Shown here piece by piece: positions 49,459-59,023 of a stretch of 62,942 nucleotides of DNA; the stretch's first letter is position 1; each line of letters starts with the position of its first letter. The position numbers and the translations under genes are program-made. The notes below the pieces were generated by a model that ran no database searches, was not told where the DNA came from, and worked only from the letters and a program-made list of their open reading frames with translations. Source of the DNA: Saccostrea cucullata (taxonomy: Eukaryota); contig NW_026935111.1 of NCBI RefSeq assembly GCF_032062105.1, positions 1-62,942 of the forward strand. Reading direction: 5' to 3'.

Positions 49459-50904
49459 AATCGTTAGACGGCGCTATACAAAGATGGACAACTGCGTCAA
49501 TACCAAGGGAAATTCACGTTGAGTTACATATCCTGAAGCAATGGCCTGAATATTCTTGATCTGAACAAAGTACTGGTCTTTTTTTTCTTCAAATAAATAT
49601 TTTATTTTTCGAAAAATATATGTGATAGAGTGATATTTTATTTATTTTATTATGTGAATATTATTTAATTATTTCAGCTACTTAATATTCACGCGTATTT
49701 TATTTTATTTTTTTAGAGCTGATATTCGCGGAGTTTTTGCGCGCACCGCAATAAAATATTACAACACTACTTGGTTTTTAATTTTACTTATGTTCTAGAA
49801 GTCTTTACTTATCCTGAGGGTATTTAATATTATTGGTCAGTTCTAATATCCAAGCTTGCGATTGGCTCGGGACGTTTTCCCGCCGATCTCTTTGTTTGAT
49901 CTTTTAGACAGAGATAGACTATTGAGAAAGTTAGATCTATATTTTGGTCACCATATTGACATACATATTTACATCAGTGCATATTGATAATTTTGAGACG
50001 AGACCTCAGGACAGAGACTGTAAGTTGACTTCTATTTCTTTTATCTAATCTAATTCTATATTTTCAGATAATTCATCGTCTTTGATTTTTAATGTAATTT
50101 TAAGAAGATATACTGAGTTCAACTTTATCATTATTACCTGAAGCTTAAAGTATAAATTCTTTGAGTATGTGAATAAAACATCAGTAATGCAGTAGTGTAT
50201 ATAGAGTGTAATTATTGTTTAATATAGGAGAGTATATCAAGACCCATTATTTATCGGGTGGCCCATTGTTTTGAGCCCTGATCCACAATCAGGTATACCT
50301 ACTATTATTTTCTATTAATTGTGTGTGCATATATTATTGTAAATAGATTTGTGAACTATTCATTCTACTGTAATAGTTCTGTTCGATTCATTTTCTTATT
50401 TTCAATACGTAGATGTTGTAAGGGGCATTACTCTTCTTTTTACATGTATTCATTGAGTACTCAGTATAACATGGTATAACATGTAATATTTTTATGATCT
50501 ATTATTATAAAGTAAATCGTATCTATATTCATTAAGAAATAAGGTATCATTTTTAAACATCTATATCGGGATATAAATACGGGTTGGTCACGAGATTAAA
50601 TTCCATGAAGCCCGAAGGGCTTTATGATGAATTTAATCTCGTACCAACCCGTATTTATAGCCCGATAGATGTTTTAAAATGATACCTTATTACTTATATT
50701 TACATTTGTGACTTATTCATACTTTATATTTGTCTGATTATGACTTTTAACGTGTGAAATGCATTATTTTTCAAACCCAACGGCAAGTATTGTAATCCAC
50801 TGATCGCGCGTCGACCCTTTATGACGTCACTGAGAAATTACGTCAAACGGTTATCCAAACGCACATCTATGACCTCTTGACCCCATACCTGTATTTATAC
50901 AGTT

Positions 50905-52486
50905 ATATTTGCATATCCACTGCTCTCTCCCACTATAATTTAATTTTGCTTGTATTCTTGCCTCTCATTGGTTGATTTCCAAAAAGAAACGCATAACATT
51001 TTGTATAATCTGGTTTGGTAAGGGGACACACCCCCTTGACAACCAGCATAATCATCTGTATCCATCAATCCCCTCATTTCCAGTCCTTGGGATTCATGGA
51101 AAATTCCAGATTTAATGAATGTACCTTTAATTTCAAACAGTTACTCGATCTTACCTCATGCAAACAAGCATCATGGCTGCTAGATCTATGCATAAGTTTT
51201 TACCTCCCCTCGCTTCCCATCACTTCCGTTACTACGGTTGTATTATTGCGCGGTAAATTTGAACTCATAAAAACAACACAATTTTACATCCCCAGTTGAA
51301 TAATTATTTTAAAATTAAATTATAAGGAATGATTCTAATTCTTGGCCAAATTATCGAGTATAATATGGTTTATAATCCGCCAAGCGGATTATAAAGCGTA
51401 AACTGACCCAAACCATATTATACTCGATAATTTGGCCTTTTTATAATCCGCTTCGCGGATTATAAAGCGTAAACTGACTCAAACCATATTATACTCGATA
51501 ATTTGGCCAAGAATTAGAGTCATTCCTTAAATGAACCTGCAGGCTTCAACTGCGTTCATAGCACTAGAGACGCAACTGCTTCTGCTATGAGTGCAATAGC
51601 TCTATCACACTCGTGTAGAACAATCTCTACTAGAATTATTAATCGTGTTGAGAAGTATATATATGAAATGTTTCATGAGAGGAATAAAAATAAGTTTTTA
51701 ATAATATTCTTTAAAAAAAAAGGAAATTCAGAATATTTAAAATTGCTGATTCATATCTTTAAAAATTTAATTTTGGTCAATGTATTTAATTGTATAATAA
51801 AACTTTTTAAAAATTTAGAGAACGGCTACATTTATATTTTTTCGTATCATGTATATTTGTACAAAGAACGATAACTCTTCACACTTGGGTAATAACATTC
51901 AGAAAGAAAAAAATTCTACTTCAAGAATGATTTCAGCTATTAAAAAAAAATAGAAAAACTAAAAAAAAATCAAAGAAAAGCATTCTGGAGTAATAATCAT
52001 TATAAAAGCATTCTTATTTTTCATCATAGATCTAAATTATTGATTTTTGTCAGAGGGTTTCAATAACGTTGATCGATGACGTCACAACTGCATCAAAACA
52101 AAAATTAAGAGAATGTGATGACGGCGCTGCTTGTATCCAGATAACTGTGTTTGAGAGGGAAATGCTTTATAAATTGTTTGTGATTTATTAGAGAAAAGGA
52201 TCATTGATCAGGTGTAGTGATTATAAAGCCGTATGTTTTTCATTACTAAAGACAAAAAGCTGCGTCCTTATGTAAGTCAGGATTTCCTCTGATATTCTTG
52301 AAAAACTCAAAGAATGCAAATATAAGTAATAAACAACGATTATTCAGTGAACATGGCATTATGAATAGCAATAGCTCTGCTGGCATATTTTCCATGATGC
52401 GCTAGCGCGCATCATGGAATATGCCAGCAGAGCAATTGCTATTCATAACGCCATGTTCACTGAAAAACGTTGTTTATTTCTTAAAT
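50905..52486. mobile_element. Hairpin element H4 nested in H3; hosts H5
   Basis: ATATTTGCAT (50905-50914) pairs with ATGCAAATAT (52314-52323). Palindrome 52323-52483, whose tip region resembles that of H2. Confidence 0.72.
50934..51532. mobile_element. Hairpin element H5 nested in H4
   Basis: Perfect 14-bp pair TATAATTTAATTTT (50934-50947) / AAAATTAAATTATA (51311-51324). Rearranged palindrome at 51323-51529, related to H1. Confidence 0.78.
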
Positions 52487-52751
52487 AGATACACATTCCT
52501 TTCAGTAGTGTTATATAAAGGAAAACATTTGCAAATGTAAATATTGTATTATAAATGCAATATATTTGTTTTCTAAATACTTATAATCTGTTATTGATAT
52601 TTTCAGGGCTTTTGCTTGTTATACAATGCATTAAACATCTTTAATAAATTATATATGAGAACCTGAGCCACAGGAGTTGTTCTTCTATCGAAACCCTGTT
52701 ACATATAGACAAAGAAGGTTTGGTCATGTTGTTTGAAACATTATGTACACT

Positions 52752-52807
52752 CAGGGACCTATATACTAGGTATTATTATACTATATTATTTAGTATATAG
52801 GTCCCTG
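52752..52807. mobile_element. 56-bp miniature TIR element with a 7-bp TSD (P-element-like)
   Basis: 17-bp TIR CAGGGACCTATATACTA and TSD gtacact (52745-52751, 52808-52814). Confidence 0.8.
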
Positions 52808-53092
52808 GTACACTGTACTACTGTACAGAGATTAACAATAACATTTTACAGGGTCAGATCTAAGGTTTGCTGATGCATGAAGCATATTGCTTGCAGTGTT
52901 TGTGAACAGACCCCCATTATTTTTATTAATCTTTTTTCATAAAAAAAAAAATAAAAAAAAATAATGTAGAAATTAACGTTTTAACAAATCATACCCGCGG
53001 TATATTTGTACATTTTATAATGCCGCAGGTGTAAAAGTTTTACGTTATTTTTTTTTATTTTCACGTGGAATACATTTAAATGTCTATTAGAA

Positions 53093-53555
53093 TGTAACGG
53101 GACTGTCTAGGGGTTAGTCCCGTACATAAGTCCGAGTTCAAAGGATAAAAGAATGACAAGAATTTCAGTGTTTTAAAGAATACTATATTCTGTTGCAATA
53201 TTTACAATTTACAAACAAACGTAAAAGATATGAAACAATATCATATAAAATCCAAGAATGCAATAATTACCATTATAGAAATTTAGCCCCAGTCCCCAAA
53301 AATACGTCTGATCGATAATTGATAATAATGTAGACTGCACTGAATACACAATATACATAACAATAGTAATAGTAAACCCCGGCCGGGTACTGTAGACCCG
53401 GGCGCGCCCAACCCGAAGGGGTTATAAACAAAGGGGAATAACTCTAAACAACAAGTAATGACAAATAGAGGGAAATATGAATAAAATAAGGCACATATAC
53501 ATAAATACATATAATTGCATACACATATAATTAAATATAGGTAAAAACCACCACA
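53093..53555 (-). repeat. 3' LTR (463 bp)
   Basis: tgtaacgggac...aaaccaccaca, a direct repeat of 60548-61591. Confidence 0.95.
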
Positions 53556-53568
53556 CTCCCCCTTCCTT
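53556..53568 (-). other. Polypurine tract
   Basis: AAGGAAGGGGGAG on the minus strand, directly before the 3' LTR. Confidence 0.9.
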
Positions 53569-53827
53569 AAGACCTAATGTGGATAAAAATACACATTAGT
53601 CTACATATATATAATCACATGTATGCTAATAAATACAAGTATTACTTCAAAGTAACATACATTAAAATTCAATTATTATAAAATTAGAATACACCTGTTA
53701 GGTATCAACATTCAGAAACTTTAAGATAGCAGACATTCAATCAATTACATGTACTGTAATAAACACACTTTTTAAACGATAAATAAACAATTCCACAACT
53801 TTCACATATTTACACAGTTAATCGCAT

Positions 53828-54715
53828 TTACTCCTCAAACAGCTTGTCCATCGCTCGCAACTTCCTGATCTCGCTCTCTAATTCCCGGTTCTTCTTCTCC
53901 AGTTGACGCCTCGTTTCCCTCTCTCGCTCCAGTTCCGTTCGCTCACCGTCCTTTATCCTCTTTTTCACCAGTGCTCTCGCTCGTCCTACTACGTCCATGC
54001 TGTTGCACAGCCACATGAGGCACGACTGCAATTCCTCTGAATCACCTGCCTCTGGGAGGTTCGGTAGGTCGAGGCTGGGTAGGTTCACCCATGTTGTTTG
54101 GGTCCCTGTAGACCGGTGATCTGGGACCTCCCTGTCCCTGTACTCCTGTAGAGTAAGCCTTCTCTTCTTGCTGCTGGTCTCCAGCTCTTCTTCCTTAAGG
54201 TCGGTTGTTGGTGCAGTGGGCTCAGTCTGAGTAGAACATCTACTCTCCACATCCACCGGCGTTATTCCATCATCTGTAGTGGACTTCTCCTGTTCCTGGG
54301 TCACTACTAGGTCAGTAGTTTCTCTCAGGCATCCGCCTCTGAATACATATAGACCTGGGTCTAAATAACCCTTGTTCTCCCTGTGAATCATCTCACACTT
54401 AGTGAGTATAAACTCCACTCGGTCTGGATTGCTCTCATGTGCTCGACGAATGTGAGTTCGCATGTCTGATTTCCGTCTACACTCCGCGCTACACCCATTA
54501 ACAGAACATATAAATTTGGTGACAGATAGTTTGTGTCTCTCCTCCCAGTGTCTGGAGAATTTTGATTTGGAAGGAAACTTCGTTCCTCTGCATCCTAGCA
54601 CGGGGCAGATCATTCCTGAAGGATCGTATAGGACTTCAATATAGTCGGTCTGGCACTGTCCAAGGACAGCATTGACTTCACTCAGATCCGCGAATAGTTC
54701 AAGAAAATCTGTAGC
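53828..54715 (-). CDS. Accessory ORF3 of the retrotransposon: two C2H2-type zinc fingers, acidic linker, basic RRLTLQEYR motif, C-terminal coiled coil; probably spliced
   Basis: Open frame 54859-53828 with CPVLGC..HWEERH and CSVNGC..HIRRAH. An in-frame acceptor ttgtatttcag|GCT at 54715 marks the switch from AT-rich to coding-like sequence. Confidence 0.8.
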   Translation of the reverse strand, partial: ATDFLELFADLSEVNAVLGQCQTDYIEVLYDPSGMICPVLGCRGTKFPSKSKFSRHWEERHKLSVTKFICSVNGCSAECRRKSDMRTHIRRAHESNPDRVEFILTKCEMIHRENKGYLDPGLYVFRGGCLRETTDLVVTQEQEKSTTDDGITPVDVESRCSTQTEPTAPTTDLKEEELETSSKKRRLTLQEYRDREVPDHRSTGTQTTWVNLPSLDLPNLPEAGDSEELQSCLMWLCNSMDVVGRARALVKKRIKDGERTELERERETRRQLEKKNRELESEIRKLRAMDKLFEE

Positions 54716-55144
54716 CTGAAATACAATTTGTTTATCATTAAAGAACTGTATGAATACTTTCTTTTTACTAATAAAACTTGCATTATAACAGCAAAGAGTT
54801 GGAAAGGAAAATAAATAGACTGTATAACCTATCCCCGCCCAATTATACAACAATGACAACTGTCATTTCTCCGACACAACAAGTACACATCCCATCACAT
54901 CACTCAGAGAATCACTATTCTCTCATGGGAAATAACACCTGGTAGATAAGACACCGAAAGCTAAACCCATGGTGTACACAAAACAATTCTACCCAATTCC
55001 AACCTTAGGAATTTATACCATGTACTACATGTCATCATGTCCTCAACAGACATAAAATTGGGTCTTCCATAGGATTATACTTCATTAAAACAAACAAATA
55101 ACATAAACACCACCCCAAGAAATATATTTATCTTATTTATTTTT

Positions 55145-58100
55145 CTAAGGAGAATATCGAGAAACGGGTTTTATGAGCCTTCCTTTCCGCGAGAAAGCAT
55201 CAGCGCGTCTGGATTGAACCGCATCCAGATCTGGCGATTTGCAAGCCAAAGGCTCGATTTCCTCCCGATCGCTCATAGTATCATATTCGGAATCTGAATT
55301 TTCTTCGTATAGACAAGATTCGTCTTGGTCATTGTCAGAATCATATTGATTCTCTGCAATTCCGTCACCGTGAAGTTGCTTCAGATGATCAACATGGACC
55401 ACAACTGTTTTTCCTGTTGTTTCATGTTTTATCTCATAGGTTATGTCTGAGAATTTCCGAACAACCCTGTAGGGTCCTGTCCAACCGGATCCCAATTTTT
55501 GGTTTGCTTTTGGTGGGTACCATCTCCATACCAGATCGTCTATTGCAAACTCTCGTGGCTTCAGTCTAACATCGTGGTATCGTTTCTGTTTCTTAAAACT
55601 TGATCGCAAGTTTTCATGAACAATTCCATATGTCATTTCCATGGTATTGCGAATCCATTCTATGTAAGAATGATAGCAGCCAATCTCTGGTGTATTTGTA
55701 GGAGTTGTACCAGCTATAACATCTATGGGCAAATTGATTTCTCTCCCTAACATGACCAGATTGGGAGTGCATTTTGTACTCTCGTGAACCGTGGCACGAT
55801 AGGCCATCATTAAATATGGCAAGTGGTCATCCCAGTTAGATCTGTTCTCATTGACAAAGATGGATAAAATTTGCTGGAGTGTGCGGTTGAATCTCTCTAC
55901 CATACCGTCGGATTGAGGGTGATATGGTGTGGTACGGGATTTTATTATCTCCAAGAGAGAGCACAACTCAGCAAACAGAGCTGATTCGAATTCACGGCCT
56001 TGGTCGGTATGAATTCTAAATGGTATGCCTAAGCGGCATATTACTTCCGTTACAAGTTTATCTGCAACCGTCTGTGCTGTATGATCTTCTAATGCAAATG
56101 CCTCTTTCCATTTGGAAAAATAATCGCCAACAACCATAATGTATTGTTTTCCTTCTCTAGTTAATGGTAGGGGACCTAAGATGTCGATGGCAAGACATTC
56201 CATAGGACCAAATACTTCATGGTGTTGCATTGGAGACTTCCCTTGTCCAGGGCCTGGCTTTTTCTTTGAACAAGGTTGACAAGTTTGACACCAGCGTGCA
56301 ACATCATCAGTCATTCCTGGCCAATAAAAACGATTTCTGATAGAATGTAGAGTTCTCTCGCGTCCAAGATGTCCCGACGTCTTACTGTTATGCAAATGTT
56401 GCATAATTTCTCTCCTAATAGACTTTGGGGCAACTAACTGGAGACGACTTTCGTTTTCATTTTCTTCCCATACTCGGTAGAGTATATGGTTCTCCACTTT
56501 TAGTCGCTGCCACTGGCGAAGCAAGGTGATAACTGTTGGCAGAGGATCATTTAGTTTCGGACGCTCTCTCCGATTAATGATAAGCTGTTTAACCTTTGAT
56601 ATTGCCATGTCTTTGTCCTGTTGTTCTTGTAAGTACTGAGGACTCCATTGTTCTACCCAATTGGATTCAGGTCTACTAGTCTTGGTAATGTCTGAATCTT
56701 GAATAGCTGCTGAGCTCAAAGCATTGACTGAGCATTCTCCAGATGAACATTGGTTGCATCCTTCTCTTTTGCAACGTTTCCTTGGTTTCCTAGACAAGCC
56801 ATCTGCATTGCCATGAAGACTTCCTTTTCTGTGTTCAATTTTGAAGTCGTAGGTTTCCAAGAGAGATATCCAGCGTGCAAGTAAACCTTCTGGCTCCTTA
56901 AAATTCTTCAACCAGATCAACGAAGAATGGTCTGTTCTTAATAAAAAGGGTCTACCATATAGATAGTGTCGGAATTGTTTGACAAAGGTTACGACTGCTA
57001 TTAATCCTCGATACGTGGTGCAATATCCCATTTGGGATCTGGATAGTGTCTTGCTACCATAAGCAATTACTACTTCCTCGCCATTTTGCATCTGTGAGAG
57101 CACAGCTCCGACTCCATATGCGCTAGCATCAGTATCCAATATAAATTCGTCTGTTGGTGATGGGTACGATAATACTGGTGCAGTTGTAAGGAGATGCTTT
57201 AAGGTATCAAAAGCATTTTCACATTCCTCTGACCATTCAAACTTTCTGTTCTTTTGTGTCAAGCGGGTTAGCGGGTATGCGACATTCGAAAAATTGTTTA
57301 TAAACCTGCGATAATAGGATGCGAGTCCTATAAAGCTGCGTACTTCTGAAACGGAAGTTGGTACGGGCCAATTCCTTACAGCTGATATCTTGTTGGGGTT
57401 ACATCTAATACCTTCTTGGGATACAGTATGACCCAGAAATTCTACTTGTTCTTGAAACAAGGCGCATTTCTTCGGTTTTAGTTTAAGATTTGCTGTACGA
57501 AGTCTGTCAAAGATGACAGTCAGGTTCTCTAGAGTTTCTTCGAACGTGGCACCAAATGTTATGATGTCGTCTAGATAAACTAGACATTTCTCCCATTGTA
57601 GGCCAGATAGAACGGCTTCCATTAAGCGTTCAAATGTCGCAGGGCTATTAGATAAACCAAACGGTAACACATTAAACTGGAAAAGACCCCTGTGGGTTGC
57701 GAATGCTGTCTTGGTTTTATCGGATTCGTCCATAGCGACTTGCCAATAGCCACTAGCAAGATCGAGGGTACAGAAGAATTTAGCGCCGGAGAGTGTGTCT
57801 AGTGATTCGTTGATTCGTGGTAGGGGATAGGCATCCTTAATCGTTATGTTATTTAGCTTCCGATAATCTACACAGAATCGTGTAGTTCCATCCCGTTTCT
57901 TCACTAAAACTATTCGCGCAGCCCAAGGTGAACTGCTTGGTTCTATTATATCAGCTTCAAGCATTTTGTCTATTTCTTGATCTGCTATAGCTTTTTGGTG
58001 CATAGGGAGACGTCTTGGTGGTAACTTGATTGGCTTAGCGCTGTCAGTATTTATTGTGTGTTTCACAAGATCTGTACGCCCTAATGGGGTATTTGATCCC

Positions 58101-59023
58101 ATAAAAACGTCAGCATAACGTGCTAAGGTGTCGCTTAACAGCTGGCGTTGCTGTTCAGTTAAGTTACTCGAGCTGTTGTTGACCAGGGACTGCAAATAGT
58201 CTGGTAAGTTAGGCAAGTTTGTGTCCACTGGACGGCTCTCTGTGACTTTTTTGCTGTCGAATTCAGTGACAGAATCAATTGTTTGTACGGATGCCACTGT
58301 AGCGTTTCTTTTAAGTATCACTGCCTCTTTTGTAGGATTTAGGACTGAGAAGAGCACTTTGTTATCTTGTACTTTGACGACCGATTTTGGCAGTAAAATT
58401 CCTTTACTATTAGAGAGTGGTTCTATCAATCCGTCCACACCATGTGGAAATCCACAGTCTGTGCTTCCTTTCAAAAACATCTCGCTTTTCGCTGGTATGC
58501 TAATTGTCTCTGTAACATAAATGCGTGCGCATGTACTCTGTAATTTGTCCTCTTTTACTAGACCAATCTCACCAAAGAATGGTGAACGTAGACGTCCAGC
58601 ATTCATGTCCATTATAGCTTCATATTTTGAAAGAAAATCAAGTCCGAGTATACCGGACAAATCTCCAAGTTGAGCAACAACAACAGTTGTCAAAAATTCC
58701 TTCCCATTAATACATAAGTCTATATCGGTTTTACCCTTCACCGAGAGCAAATCTCCATCGGCAGTAGTTAATTTAGTCTGTAGATCATCTAGATCTTTGT
58801 TTCCAAGCAATGAATCAAAAATTTCATTTGATATTAGACTCCAACTGGACCCCGTATCGACAAGAAAATTAATTTCTTTATTACAAAGTTTTGCTTTGAC
58901 AAACCAACAACTTCTGGAAATACTGGACAAACGAGCTTTCATGTCTTGTTTTGGCCTATTTTCATGACTGGGTTTTTCAGGGGCTGGGCTTACGGCCGTG
59001 GGCTCAGCCCATTTTCGTTTAAA
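55145..59023 (-). CDS. pol: Pol polyprotein (aspartic protease, RT, RNase H, integrase with GPY/F), expressed by -1 frameshift
   Basis: FLVDTGSS, YLDD, LDTDAS, H..GH..C..C, IDILGP..TDQG..VER and WTGPY motifs. The frame is open from TTTAAAC at 59023. Confidence 0.95.
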   Translation of the reverse strand, partial: FKRKWAEPTAVSPAPEKPSHENRPKQDMKARLSSISRSCWFVKAKLCNKEINFLVDTGSSWSLISNEIFDSLLGNKDLDDLQTKLTTADGDLLSVKGKTDIDLCINGKEFLTTVVVAQLGDLSGILGLDFLSKYEAIMDMNAGRLRSPFFGEIGLVKEDKLQSTCARIYVTETISIPAKSEMFLKGSTDCGFPHGVDGLIEPLSNSKGILLPKSVVKVQDNKVLFSVLNPTKEAVILKRNATVASVQTIDSVTEFDSKKVTESRPVDTNLPNLPDYLQSLVNNSSSNLTEQQRQLLSDTLARYADVFMGSNTPLGRTDLVKHTINTDSAKPIKLPPRRLPMHQKAIADQEIDKMLEADIIEPSSSPWAARIVLVKKRDGTTRFCVDYRKLNNITIKDAYPLPRINESLDTLSGAKFFCTLDLASGYWQVAMDESDKTKTAFATHRGLFQFNVLPFGLSNSPATFERLMEAVLSGLQWEKCLVYLDDIITFGATFEETLENLTVIFDRLRTANLKLKPKKCALFQEQVEFLGHTVSQEGIRCNPNKISAVRNWPVPTSVSEVRSFIGLASYYRRFINNFSNVAYPLTRLTQKNRKFEWSEECENAFDTLKHLLTTAPVLSYPSPTDEFILDTDASAYGVGAVLSQMQNGEEVVIAYGSKTLSRSQMGYCTTYRGLIAVVTFVKQFRHYLYGRPFLLRTDHSSLIWLKNFKEPEGLLARWISLLETYDFKIEHRKGSLHGNADGLSRKPRKRCKREGCNQCSSGECSVNALSSAAIQDSDITKTSRPESNWVEQWSPQYLQEQQDKDMAISKVKQLIINRRERPKLNDPLPTVITLLRQWQRLKVENHILYRVWEENENESRLQLVAPKSIRREIMQHLHNSKTSGHLGRERTLHSIRNRFYWPGMTDDVARWCQTCQPCSKKKPGPGQGKSPMQHHEVFGPMECLAIDILGPLPLTREGKQYIMVVGDYFSKWKEAFALEDHTAQTVADKLVTEVICRLGIPFRIHTDQGREFESALFAELCSLLEIIKSRTTPYHPQSDGMVERFNRTLQQILSIFVNENRSNWDDHLPYLMMAYRATVHESTKCTPNLVMLGREINLPIDVIAGTTPTNTPEIGCYHSYIEWIRNTMEMTYGIVHENLRSSFKKQKRYHDVRLKPREFAIDDLVWRWYPPKANQKLGSGWTGPYRVVRKFSDITYEIKHETTGKTVVVHVDHLKQLHGDGIAENQYDSDNDQDESCLYEENSDSEYDTMSDREEIEPLACKSPDLDAVQSRRADAFSRKGRLIKPVSRYSP
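58978..59023 (-). other. -1 programmed ribosomal frameshift signal
   Basis: Slippery heptamer T TTA AAC, 6-nt spacer, then stem GGGCTGAGC/GCCCAGCCC. Confidence 0.85.

Larger units (their letters stand above)
50533..52544. mobile_element. Hairpin element H3 (hairpin on the left); hosts H4 and H5
   Basis: Palindrome 50533-50696 with tip GCCC-GAA-GGGC. Junction ATATTTACATTTG (50696-50708) has a perfect 13-bp inverted copy CAAATGTAAATAT at 52532-52544. Confidence 0.75.

Noticed and set aside
53828-54859. env gene
   Set aside because: No furin site, fusion peptide or C-terminal TM. The hydrophobic N-terminus in the ORF track lies upstream of a likely acceptor and lacks an ATG start.
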